Shown one piece after another: positions 25,858 to 37,280 of a DNA stretch of 64,000 nucleotides. Below the pieces are notes generated by a model. That model saw only the letters and a program-made list of their open reading frames with translations, was not told the origin of the DNA and ran no database searches. Source of the DNA: an uncultured archaeon (GTDB lineage Archaea; Thermoproteota; Nitrososphaeria; Nitrososphaerales; Gagatemarchaeaceae). The stretch spans positions 160,001-224,000 of the forward strand of contig CAWFOU010000007.1 of the NCBI GenBank assembly GCA_963817525.1, read 5' to 3'. The position numbers were made by a program, and so were the translations under genes. Each line of letters starts with the position of its first letter. Position 1 is the first letter of the stretch.

Positions 25858-28743
25858 CTACGAAGTTATCGTGACATAGTAGAGGTCGGTCACGCCGCCC
25901 TTCAGCTGGAAGATGCCGACGTTGATGGCGCCCGCGCTGTCCTCCCAGACGTAGAGCGAGCCTCCCGCGCTCCCGGACCCATAGGTCTGGATGAGGTCGC
26001 TGACCTGGGAGAGGGCGCCGCTGACACCCACCTTCGCGAGGGAAACCGTCGCCGTGTTGATGAAGACGTTCGGGCTGACCGTCGTCGCGTTGACGATGCC
26101 CAGGTCCGAGGAGGCCGCTAGCTTCTCTATCCCCGCGAGGAGGGCTTGCGTGCTGCTCGCCCCGATGGAGGTGCTCGTCGTCGTGCTGCTTGATGACGAG
26201 GAGGTCGTGCTGTTGGTCGTCGATCCAGGAAGCCCCCCGTTCCCGTTGCCGGAGCTCGTGCTCGCCGTGCCCGCCTCCACCGCGAGGAGGTTGTAATATG
26301 CGGCGGACGCGTTGGCCCCCACCCCGACCTTGTCAGTCAGGGGGCTCACCGCGGTCATGAACGGGAGTTGCGTGACGACGCCCGACGTCCCGGGGTTGGT
26401 GTAAAAGGCGACGAAATACGTCAATGTTCCCCCGACGGAATACAAGAGATATGACCCGAAACGGCTGTTGGGCAAGAGCGTCTGCTCGGTCCTGACCTGC
26501 TGGTTTGTGGTAAGGGCGTTTTCAGCCGCGGCAGGGCCGATGATGGTCGTGGAGTTCGAGGGGTTCTGGTAGAGATAGATCTGGCCCAGCCTGGCGCCTC
26601 CGTAGGCGATATACATCCCCGCGAGGTTCTGGCTCGCGGCGTTCTTGTAGTGCACCAGCTGGGTGGCCGCGAAGTAGGTCTGGTTCCCCACGGCCCATGG
26701 GATGTACTGCACCGTTGTGTTAGTGGGCCTCTGGTAGAACTGGGAGCCCGACCGCCATATGAAGGGGTCGTCCACGTGGAACTGGAAGTCCACGTCTAGC
26801 TGCCCGGGGACGCTCTGCGTGCCCAGGAGCTGCTCCGGATACCTGAGCTGCGGTATCAGCCAGGCGGGCGGGCTCGACCAGTTGCTGTAGTAGGTCGAGT
26901 AGAACTGCGAGATGAAGTCCGAGGTGCTCGTGCCTACCAGGTTCGAGACGTTGTAGAACTGCATCTCGCCGTTGGCCACGTTGACGAGGGCCACCCCGAA
27001 GAACCTGAGGTAGGGGCTCGCCGCAAAGCCGGACTGGAGCGGGTAGTCGATGTAGATCTGGACGGCATAGTAGATGCTATGCCCGTCGGACACCAGGTAC
27101 GCCGAGGGGTCCTCGACGAGGCCCGGGATCAGGACGCTCTGGACCCTGTTGAAGACGTTCCTGTTCCAGAGCATCTGCATCGTGCTCCCGGAGAATGCAA
27201 AGCCGATCTGCCCCTCGGAGAAGGTCATCCACATGGACTTTTGCCAGCCTGTCAGGTTGTAGTCGGAGGGCCCGGAGTAAGAGGCGTTGCCTATCTCCTG
27301 GTAGCCTGGGACGTGGACGTAGACGTTGTTGTCAAAGCCGGAGCCCTGGCCGTAGTAGAGGGGCGGCGCTTCGGGGACCCCGTAGGCCTTCGTGACGGGG
27401 ATCTCGGAGCCGTTGTAGGTGTCGATTACCAGGATCTTGGCGGCGTGGGTGTAGATGAGGTGCTCGCTGATCCAGTCCGTGGCCGGGTAGGCGGGCGTGG
27501 TCGGCGAGACCCAGTACTCCGTGTTGTTGAGGTAGACTATCTCGGAGCTTCCCAGGGCCATCCAGTTGTAGGCCCCTATCGCCTTCGTGTTCGTGACGTT
27601 GGCGGCGGTCTGGTCCCACTGCCTGACCACGTCGAGGATGGTCGACGGGCTGCTGGTGGGGAGGGCGGTGATGTTCCCCTCGGTGATGTTCTGGATTCCT
27701 GCAGCCCACCTAGTCACGGTGATCTGCTTCTGGACACCGGGGTCGAACTGGTATGGGACGTAGTTGTTGTTCCAGTTGAAGTAGAGGAACGCGAGCGCCC
27801 CCACCTGGATGATCAGCATGAAGATGAGGACGACCCCGAGCGCCCTGTAGAGCCCTCGATTGGGGAGGATGGCCGCCCTGGGCCTTCCGAAGTAGGTGTA
27901 CCCGAAGAGTATCGAGGCGAGGACGACGATGGAGAGGCCGTAGAGGTAGGGGGTCGCCGCGGTCATGTACCAGTAGGGCGCGCTCAGGGTGATGGCGACG
28001 GAGACGGCCGCGGCGATGGCGAGGATGTTGCGTATCCAGACGTTGCTCGCCCGGGTGGTGAGGTTCTTCAGGAGGCGCAGTATCATCCTCAACACGAAGA
28101 CCGTCAGGACCGCGGAAACGGCGTAGTAGACCAGGTTGTACTGGACCTCCATCGTGGGCATCAGGCCAATCAGCTGGGTCCCCGACGGGGGGGAGAGCGG
28201 GAGAGCGAGGAGCCTCGGGACCTGCGCCCAGCTCCCGATCCCCTGGGTGAGCATCGCGACCGAGTTCATTATGGGGCCCAAGGTTGGGAAGCCGCCGTTG
28301 ATGACGAAGAACCCGAAGACCAGCGCCCACTTTGCGAACTGCCAAAGGCCCCAGACCCAGGCCCCCGGGTGGAGCTCGGCGAGCGGCCTCTGTATCTCGT
28401 CGCTGTATTGCGACGTCCTCCTCGTCAGCATCGTGACCAGTCCGCCGAGGTCGCTCTTCCCGACGCGGGGGTTGACCACCAGCAGCGCAAGAATCCCGCC
28501 GACGAGGAAGGTGTAGTCGTGGTAGAACGTGATGCCGAACCAGCTCAAATCGGACTTTGTGGAATAGACGTGCTGGGCGATGGACCAGTTCAGGTAAATC
28601 CACGCGGCAAAGAGAGCGACGACGACCGCGAATATCCCTATGACGACCCAGATGGCCCTAGGCCCGAACGAGATGGGATCTCGTGGCCGCTGCTCGTCCA
28701 GGGGGGGTCCGGCGTCCTGCAATCCGAGGAAGCCGAAATGCAC
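25858..28743 (-). CDS. UPF0182-family membrane protein
   Basis: About 7 N-terminal TM helices; VRQWD, WISEHLIYTH, LYYG, DPSAYLV and LRYP motifs; Ser/Thr linker and extra C-terminal domain. Confidence 0.8.
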   Translation of the reverse strand: MHFGFLGLQDAGPPLDEQRPRDPISFGPRAIWVVIGIFAVVVALFAAWIYLNWSIAQHVYSTKSDLSWFGITFYHDYTFLVGGILALLVVNPRVGKSDLGGLVTMLTRRTSQYSDEIQRPLAELHPGAWVWGLWQFAKWALVFGFFVINGGFPTLGPIMNSVAMLTQGIGSWAQVPRLLALPLSPPSGTQLIGLMPTMEVQYNLVYYAVSAVLTVFVLRMILRLLKNLTTRASNVWIRNILAIAAAVSVAITLSAPYWYMTAATPYLYGLSIVVLASILFGYTYFGRPRAAILPNRGLYRALGVVLIFMLIIQVGALAFLYFNWNNNYVPYQFDPGVQKQITVTRWAAGIQNITEGNITALPTSSPSTILDVVRQWDQTAANVTNTKAIGAYNWMALGSSEIVYLNNTEYWVSPTTPAYPATDWISEHLIYTHAAKILVIDTYNGSEIPVTKAYGVPEAPPLYYGQGSGFDNNVYVHVPGYQEIGNASYSGPSDYNLTGWQKSMWMTFSEGQIGFAFSGSTMQMLWNRNVFNRVQSVLIPGLVEDPSAYLVSDGHSIYYAVQIYIDYPLQSGFAASPYLRFFGVALVNVANGEMQFYNVSNLVGTSTSDFISQFYSTYYSNWSSPPAWLIPQLRYPEQLLGTQSVPGQLDVDFQFHVDDPFIWRSGSQFYQRPTNTTVQYIPWAVGNQTYFAATQLVHYKNAASQNLAGMYIAYGGARLGQIYLYQNPSNSTTIIGPAAAENALTTNQQVRTEQTLLPNSRFGSYLLYSVGGTLTYFVAFYTNPGTSGVVTQLPFMTAVSPLTDKVGVGANASAAYYNLLAVEAGTASTSSGNGNGGLPGSTTNSTTSSSSSSTTTSTSIGASSTQALLAGIEKLAASSDLGIVNATTVSPNVFINTATVSLAKVGVSGALSQVSDLIQTYGSGSAGGSLYVWEDSAGAINVGIFQLKGGVTDLYYVTITS

Positions 28744-28784
28744 GGCGTTATACGCCTTGTGCGCCGCCTCGTTTCGGTTGGACG

Positions 28785-30308
28785 CTAGGCGGGGACGACT
28801 ATCCTCAGGAAGGAGGACTCGTAGGTCACCCCGTCCGTCGCCGTCAGGATCGCAGTGTAGGTCCCTGGCTTGAGAGCACCCAGCGCCGCGACGGTCACAG
28901 GGACCGTCGTCGTGCCGATGGGGACGGACGGGGGCAGCGAGGGGGCGCTGAAGGTGATGTTGGACGGCGTCGAGGTCAACCCCTCCGAGTCGGCGAAGCT
29001 CAGCGTGAGTCCTCCCTGGTAGGTGGTGTCGTGGACGACTAGGTCCACGGTGGCGCTCGAGCCCCTGTCAACGACCACGGTGGAGTTCCCCGCGATGGTC
29101 GTGTAGAAGCCAGGGGTGTAGGATGCGTCCGCGTACCCGAGGACGTTCCCGGTGAGCTCCGCGAACCACGCCCTCCCACCGCCCACGCCGAAGGTGAGGG
29201 CGTTCCCGATGGTGGACCCGTTCACCGGCTGTCCCGACTCCGAGTACTCTGTGAGCGAGCCGTTGCCCGGGTCGATCCTCGCCATCCTGTTCCCGTAGTG
29301 CTCGTTGACCCAGACTGAGGAGCCGTTGGCGTCGACGAAGTAGGGGAGGGTGGTCGGCGCCCAGGAGATGGGCGTGGTCGGGTAGTAGGACCAGGTCTTG
29401 GTGGTGAAGTTGTAGCTCCCCACGCTCGAAGAGCCGTGGAGGGCGACCCAGAGGGCCCCCGACCCGATGGAGAGACTGGAAGGGTCGGTCAGGTGCTGCC
29501 CCCCCAGGAGCTGGGGCGCGAAGCGGGTGGTGTTGAACGCGTAGACGCCTCCTCCCTGGGGCTCGCTGACGCCCACCGCGGAGTAGTAGCCGGAGGTGGA
29601 GTTCACGAAGACGATCTGCGAGGGCTCCGAGGCCGCGCCGCCAGGGAGGGGGTACTGGCGGATGCTCCCGTCCTGGCTCAAGGCGCCGAGCTCGCCCGTG
29701 AAGAGCTCCGTGAACCAGAGCGTGTCGTTCGGCCCCGGGGTCGCCGTGTAGGGGAAGCTGTCGTTGGTCGGTATCTTGACGGTGGTGACGTCCCCGGTCG
29801 AGGGGTCGAGGGCGACGAGCTGGTTCCCCGAGGTGTCGGTGGCCCAGACCTTTCCGTCCCAGAGGACGACACCCCACGTGCTGGTCCTCTGCCCGCAGAG
29901 CCCGCCAGGGCTGGGCGGGGCGGGATAGTCGAACGGCCACGCGTACTCCACCAGCGTAAGGTTGTTCGGGAAGAAGTGCGCCAGCCCCGCGACTGACTCC
30001 TCCGCGAACCAGACCGAGCCGTCTGGCGCGACGGTCGGCGAGCTCGGGGCCCTGATGGGCGTGGGAAGCGCGAACAGGGTCACCCCGCCGACCGTCGTGG
30101 GCGGGGCGAGTTGCGTGACGAGCATCTTCGCGCCCCCCAGTGGGTCGGAGCAGCTCGGGCCGGCGGGGGGCTCCCCGGATGGCTTGAGCACCTGGTAGAT
30201 GTAGAGACCGCTCGCGGAGGTGACCAGGATCAGGATGACGAGGGCGGCGACCAGGAGGATCCTCCCGGACCTGGGAGGCTTCTCGGATTCTTGGGACATA
30301 TTGGACAC
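28785..30308 (-). CDS. Membrane-anchored Vgb-like beta-propeller surface protein
   Basis: N-terminal TM helix; repeated PDGSVWFAE / LWFTE / AWFAE blades; C-terminal Ig-like strands. Confidence 0.8.
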   Translation of the reverse strand: MSNMSQESEKPPRSGRILLVAALVILILVTSASGLYIYQVLKPSGEPPAGPSCSDPLGGAKMLVTQLAPPTTVGGVTLFALPTPIRAPSSPTVAPDGSVWFAEESVAGLAHFFPNNLTLVEYAWPFDYPAPPSPGGLCGQRTSTWGVVLWDGKVWATDTSGNQLVALDPSTGDVTTVKIPTNDSFPYTATPGPNDTLWFTELFTGELGALSQDGSIRQYPLPGGAASEPSQIVFVNSTSGYYSAVGVSEPQGGGVYAFNTTRFAPQLLGGQHLTDPSSLSIGSGALWVALHGSSSVGSYNFTTKTWSYYPTTPISWAPTTLPYFVDANGSSVWVNEHYGNRMARIDPGNGSLTEYSESGQPVNGSTIGNALTFGVGGGRAWFAELTGNVLGYADASYTPGFYTTIAGNSTVVVDRGSSATVDLVVHDTTYQGGLTLSFADSEGLTSTPSNITFSAPSLPPSVPIGTTTVPVTVAALGALKPGTYTAILTATDGVTYESSFLRIVVPA

Positions 30309-30404
30309 GGGAAATCACTCCAGGCTCTAAGGCTGTCCCATCAGCTCTGGCCGGTCAGGGGCATCTGCGAAGGGCCTCGAGGCAGGCGCCCGGGTCGTCC
30401 AGGC

Positions 30405-30836
30405 CTAGCCACCCCACCGCTCTTTCTGGACTCGCCCCTTGATGTGGTTGATTATCTCCTCGAGTGATGTCCCCGGGCCGTAGAGTCCGGAGATGCCAAG
30501 CTTCAGGAGCTTGGGCTTGTCCTCGTCGGGGATGATGCCCCCGCCGGTGACTATGATGTCCTTGCCCCCGTACTTCTCCAGCAGCCTCTTCACCTGGGGG
30601 AAGGCGGTCATGTGCGCGCCGTTGAGGAGGGAGAGCGCGACCACGTCGACGTCCTCGTCGACGGCCATCCGCGCGACCTCCTCGGGGCTCGGGAGGAGAC
30701 CGATGTAGATCACCTCCATCCCGGCGTCCCTAAAGGCCCGGGCGAGCACGAGCACGCCCCTGTCGTGGCCGTCGAGGCCGGGCTTTGCGACCAGGATCCG
30801 GATCTTCCTCTTCTCCTGGGCGGTGCGCTGGCGCAT
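30405..30836 (-). CDS. Acyl-CoA mutase cobalamin-binding small subunit
   Basis: KPGLDGHDRG (DxHxxG), SLLNGAH and GGGIIP. Confidence 0.95.
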   Translation of the reverse strand: MRQRTAQEKRKIRILVAKPGLDGHDRGVLVLARAFRDAGMEVIYIGLLPSPEEVARMAVDEDVDVVALSLLNGAHMTAFPQVKRLLEKYGGKDIIVTGGGIIPDEDKPKLLKLGISGLYGPGTSLEEIINHIKGRVQKERWGG

Positions 30837-30885
30837 TGGGTCGCCGGCGGCCTGCCCATTAGAAAAACAATTCTGTGTCCGCTGG

Positions 30886-31206
30886 CTAACGCCGTTTGAT
30901 GTTGGCGGCTATCACATACAAGCTGGCGAGCGTCCATAGCTCCCCTCCAGAGGTCTCGGGGGAGCGCTTGGCGGAATGAAGAACTCGTTCTTTGGCGACG
31001 GGCATCAGGGCCCGAACCTGCTCTTCCAGCTCATCATCTATGCTTTCGCTGGACATTGTGCGCTCTGTCGAGGAGGTCATTTGCCCAGAGCCTGAACTTG
31101 GCTGGATCGGCCCTGATGGCCCTCAGGAACTCTATGTCCTCCTTGATCTCCTTGTCCGAAATCGCATCGATGTCTCGCTCGACTCGATTATCTCCTTGGG
31201 TCTCAT
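30886..31206 (-). other. Pair of short hypothetical ORFs, the upstream one possibly frameshifted
   Basis: Acidic/helical small ORFs at 30886-31080 and 31034-31206. Removing a duplicated TCGAG gives MRPKEIIERDIDAISDKEIKEDIEFL. Confidence 0.3.
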
Positions 31207-31415
31207 AAACGCCACTCTGACTAGGCCAGCTGGGGCTCGCCGCGCATTGAACCGTCGTTGCCCACCGATGAAGAGTGTTCTGCGAGCCGCCACCCCGCGT
31301 GCTGGGATTCCCGGGCCAGCGCATGAAGAAGCGCCACTCAGGGAGAACTTTGATACCTAAGATTTAGTCGCTAAACACTTGATGCCCGCGGCGCTCCTCA
31401 TTCGACGCGAATCAG

Positions 31416-31586
31416 TTGGAAACGCTACAATACAGCTGTGGGACGTGCGGCCTGACCTTCACCTGGCACGAGGAGCTGGAAAGACACTATGTGGAGGCGC
31501 ATCTTGACATGAGCAACCGACCTAGGCACCTGAATCAGAGGGACCGGACTCGGGCTCAGCCCCGGCGAGGGCCCGCGGGCAGATAG
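31416..31586 (+). CDS. 56-aa classical C2H2 zinc-finger microprotein
   Basis: Hand-translated METLQYSCGTCGLTFTWHEELERHYVEAHLDMSNRPRH...; exact YxCx2Cx3Fx5Lx2Hx4H consensus. Confidence 0.75.
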   Translation: METLQYSCGTCGLTFTWHEELERHYVEAHLDMSNRPRHLNQRDRTRAQPRRGPAGR

Positions 31587-31641
31587 TGCGTCACCCTCAG
31601 AATACTCGCTTTAAGTAAGAAACGGTCGTGAGGGAGGGGCG

Positions 31642-32264
31642 ATGGCCGTAGACTACCTTTTCCTGGTTAGGCATGGGGAGACCAAGGCCAACGAAGAAGG
31701 CGTGGAGGCAGGCCCGCTGCGCTACCCCCTCGCCAAGAAGGGGCTCAAGGACGCGGAGTTCATCGCCAAGACTCTTTCTAGGATAGAGGTCAGCGCGGTC
31801 TACAGCAGTCCGATCTTTCGTGCAGTCGAAACGGCGAAGATTCTCGCTCGCCCGCACAGCTTGAAGGTCAAGACGCTCGAGGAATTGACCGAAGCGAAGT
31901 TCAAGCCCCGATTCGTCGGGAAGAAGGGAAGACACCACATTCTTACTGACCCCGAAGCGTTCTCGGAGACGAACGCCGACCTCCTAGCCCGGACGGCTAA
32001 GGCAATCAGGATCATCGAGAAGGAGGCTACGGGGAACGTGATACTGGTCTCCCACGGCGACGTGATTACCGCCATGCTCGAGGGTGTGGTCGAAAGAAAG
32101 GTCGGCGATGAGAGATACTACGTCTTCCACCCTGAGCCGGCCTCGCTTTGCATCGTCGAAATCAAGGACAGGCCGTTCCTGATTCTGTATAACTATCACC
32201 GCAGGCAGTTTGCGAAATTCGGTCCGTCTGCCGAGTCGAGGCGTCGGACGCGCGAAGCCACTTA

Positions 32265-32268
<4 letters not shown>
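31642..32268 (+). CDS. Histidine phosphatase family protein
   Basis: LVRHGET, SSPIFRAVETA and LVSHG. Confidence 0.92.
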
Positions 32269-34022
<1,754 letters not shown>

Positions 34023-34084
34023 TGCTGGGAAGGGCGCCCTCTAGGTTCCTGATAAGAGTGTCCATTTCTGCGAAGAGACGTTCG

Positions 34085-34868
34085 TCAATGCGCGAGGCGG
34101 ACGAGCGCCACGTCCTCGGGAGCGACCGTGCGCGTGACAGGCCCCTCGAGCACGAGCGAGCCTCCTTCCTCCAGCCGCACCGCCTTCCCCTTCACAACGC
34201 GGCCGTCTGCGGTCCTCACATCGACCTCCTGCCCGAGCCAGGATATGGTGGGCTGGATCCTTTGGACGAGCTTGCTGAGCATCCCCCTCTCCCACTCGGC
34301 GAGATACCAGTCGAGGGCGTGCAGGATCTTTTCGCGCAGGAGGCTGGCGTCTATCTCGACTCCGAGGACTTTCGCGATGGACGTCGAACGCAGCCCTGTA
34401 GGCATGGACGCGCTGTCGCCGAAGCAACTCACCGAGACCTCGAAGACGGCATGGGCCTTCGCACCCGGGCGCGAGGGCCGCGTGAGGTAGAGGGAGGTAT
34501 TGGCGACGACCTTCCCGTCGATGGTGACCAGGTTGGGCCAATGGAGCCAGCTGATGATACCGGTGTCCCTCCTGATGCCCTCCGACGCGCAGGCGGCGGA
34601 GAGCGGGCCGAGTAGGCCGAATGCGCCAGGAGCGGCGGGTGAGAAGGCCCGGCAGACCCAAAGCCGGAGGAGGCCCCGCCTCCCGCCCTGGACGACGAGG
34701 CCGTCGGAGAAGCGCCTCACCGCTGAGCCTCTCCTCACCCTCCAGTCGTAGTGGGACAAGGAGCAAAGCGCCGCGGGTGCGCGGTCATATCCTTTCGTGG
34801 GCACGGCAGGAATGCCGGTGTGAGGGGGATGTGGCTCGACGTCTACAGCGTCTACGAGGACAAGGCAA
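34085..34868 (-). CDS. Degenerate biotin-protein ligase (BirA)-like protein
   Basis: LHWPNLVTIDGKVVAN in place of KWPND...KxxG; C-terminal WLGQEVDV..GKAVRLEEGGSLVL SH3-like domain. Start uncertain. Confidence 0.65.
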
Positions 34869-34929
34869 TGTCTGAGAAGGTTAGGTTTATTTCGAGAGGG
34901 CGACGGCACGGCGCACAGCAGGCCCCAAA

Positions 34930-35889
34930 TTGGACACCAAGGAACTCGCCGCTCGGCTCGCAAAGGGAGACAGGAGGGCCGTCGCGAAGGCGATCACCTT
35001 GGTCGAGAACGACGGCGCTGGGTCGTCGGGGCTCCTCAAGGCGATAGGCCCGAAGCTCGGCCACGCGTTCGTCATCGGCGTGACAGGCCCGCCGGGCACG
35101 GGGAAGAGCAGCCTCGTGGACAGGCTCACGGAGAGCTATAGGAAGAAGGGGCTGAAGGTAGGCATAGTAGCCATCGACCCAACGAGCCCGCTCACGGGGG
35201 GCGCGCTGCTGGGGGACAGGATAAGGATGGTCGACCACACGATGGACGAGGGGGTCTTCATCAGGAGCATGGCCTCGCGGGGATGGGCCGGCGGCCTGTC
35301 GGGGGCGGTCGCCGACGTCATCCAGCTGCTCGACGCGGCGGGGATGGACGTGGTGATGGTCGAGACCGTGGGGATAGGGCAGTCTGACACGGACGTCGTC
35401 CGCGTCGCGCACGCGGTGATGGTCGTGCTCATGCCCGGGCTGGGGGACGACGTGCAGGCCTCGAAGGCTGGCCTGATGGAGATTGGCGACGTCTACGTGG
35501 TCAACAAGGCCGACCTCCCCGGGGCCGACGACATGGTGGTCGACCTCCTCGCGATGACGAGGGATTCCAAGGGGCGCAACCCCTCGGTGCTCAAAGTCTC
35601 GGCGGCGAAGAAGGAGGGGATCGACCAGGTGCTGGGGGTGCTGGAGGGCGCGAGGGGCAGGTTCCTCGCCTCTCCCGGCGAGGGAGGGGACGACGTCAGG
35701 CTCAAGAGCATCAAGGGGATGATAACCGAGCTCGCGCGGCGTAGGGTCCTCGTGGGCTTCGAGGAGAGGGCCGAGGGGAAGGTGGACGTGCTGGCCCGGC
35801 AGGTGGTCGCCCACAGGCTAACTATGGACGAGGCCGCGAACCAGCTCTTCGGAGAGAAGGCACGACCCAGAGGGAGGGCGCGCCGATGA
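34930..35889 (+). CDS. meaB: Mutase-associated GTPase MeaB/ArgK
   Basis: GPPGTGKSS, DPTSPLTGGALLGDRIRM, ETVGIGQ and NKAD. Confidence 0.96.
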   Translation: MDTKELAARLAKGDRRAVAKAITLVENDGAGSSGLLKAIGPKLGHAFVIGVTGPPGTGKSSLVDRLTESYRKKGLKVGIVAIDPTSPLTGGALLGDRIRMVDHTMDEGVFIRSMASRGWAGGLSGAVADVIQLLDAAGMDVVMVETVGIGQSDTDVVRVAHAVMVVLMPGLGDDVQASKAGLMEIGDVYVVNKADLPGADDMVVDLLAMTRDSKGRNPSVLKVSAAKKEGIDQVLGVLEGARGRFLASPGEGGDDVRLKSIKGMITELARRRVLVGFEERAEGKVDVLARQVVAHRLTMDEAANQLFGEKARPRGRARR

Positions 35890-37271
35890 CCATGGCGATG
35901 GACCTCTCCGAGAGGCTGGCCGAGTACGCCTCGTCCCTGACCTACGACGACCTGAGCGAGTCGGTTGTGAAGGAGGCGAAGAAGCGGCTCCTGGACAGCC
36001 TGGGTTGCGCCATGGGCGCATACGGCGAGGCCCCCGCGAAGGCCGCGAGGCGGCTCGCGGAGAAGGGATACCCAGGGAAGGCCTCGACGCTCCTCGGGAC
36101 GAGGAAGAAGACGACGCCCGACATGGCCACGTTCGTGAACGGGTTGATGGTGAGGTACTTCGATTTCAACGACACCTACCTCTCGAAGGAGCCGGGGCAC
36201 CCCAGCGACAACATACCGGCGTGCCTCGCGGCGGCGGAGATGGAGGGCAGGTCGGGGAAGGAACTCATCCTTGCGATCGTCCTCGCTTATGAGATCCAGT
36301 GCCGGCTCTGCGACGCCGCGAACCTCCGCCACCGGGGCTGGGACCACGTCAACTACGGGCTCGTGTCGGGGGCCCTCTCTGCGGGGAGGCTCCTGGGGCT
36401 ATCCAAGGCCCAGCTGGCCCAGGCGGTCAACATCTCGCTCAACTCCCACCTGGCGATGAGGCAGGTGAGGGCGGGCGCGCTCTCGATGTGGAAGGGGTTC
36501 TCGTTCGCCAACGCCTCGCGCAACGCCGTCTTCTCCGCGCTCCTCGCCCGCGAGGGGATAACCGGGCCCGCCCCGGTCTTCGAGGGGGAGATGGGCTTCT
36601 TCAACCAGGTCTCGGGCCGCTTCCTGCTCGACGTGAAGTCCTTCGGGGGGAAGGGGAGGAGGTTCAAGCTTGAGGACACCTTCGTGAAGTTCTACCCCGC
36701 GGAGTACCACGCCCAGACCGCGATCTGGGCCGCCCTGGGCATCAGGGAGAAGATCAAGGGCGACCCCATGAAGAGGGTCGCCTACGTCGGGATCGATACC
36801 CACGAGGCGGGGTACACGATCCTCGGGAGGGACCCCGAGAAGTGGACCCCGGAGACGAGGGAGACCGCCGACCACTCGCTCCCCTACATAGTGACGATGG
36901 CTCTCCTCGAGGGGAGGATCGACAACGAGACCTACGCCGCCGGGAAGCTCAAGGACCCCGCCATCAGGGAGTTCATGAAGAGGGTCATCGTGAAGGAGGA
37001 CAAGGCCCTGACGGAGGTATACCCGGTGAGCACCCCCAACAGGGTCACCGTGAGGCTCGACGACGGGGAGGCTCTCGTGGTGAAGGTGGACGACCCGCGG
37101 GGCCACCCCAGCAACCCCATGACGGAGGAGGAGATTGAGCAGAAATTCAGGCTCCTCACCAAGGGGGTCCTGAAGGGACCTCAGGTCGAGAAAGCCCTGA
37201 AGTTCGTGAGGACCGTCGAAGACCATGCGGGCGTCTCCCCGCTCCTGGCGGCGTGCGTCGTGGCCCCCTAG
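35886..37271 (+). CDS. prpD: MmgE/PrpD 2-methylcitrate dehydratase
   Basis: RYFDFNDTYL..GHPSDN, GWDH, LSMWKG, KFYPAEYH and ADHSLPY. Confidence 0.92.
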   Translation: MTMAMDLSERLAEYASSLTYDDLSESVVKEAKKRLLDSLGCAMGAYGEAPAKAARRLAEKGYPGKASTLLGTRKKTTPDMATFVNGLMVRYFDFNDTYLSKEPGHPSDNIPACLAAAEMEGRSGKELILAIVLAYEIQCRLCDAANLRHRGWDHVNYGLVSGALSAGRLLGLSKAQLAQAVNISLNSHLAMRQVRAGALSMWKGFSFANASRNAVFSALLAREGITGPAPVFEGEMGFFNQVSGRFLLDVKSFGGKGRRFKLEDTFVKFYPAEYHAQTAIWAALGIREKIKGDPMKRVAYVGIDTHEAGYTILGRDPEKWTPETRETADHSLPYIVTMALLEGRIDNETYAAGKLKDPAIREFMKRVIVKEDKALTEVYPVSTPNRVTVRLDDGEALVVKVDDPRGHPSNPMTEEEIEQKFRLLTKGVLKGPQVEKALKFVRTVEDHAGVSPLLAACVVAP

Positions 37272-37280
37272 GCCCGTGGC

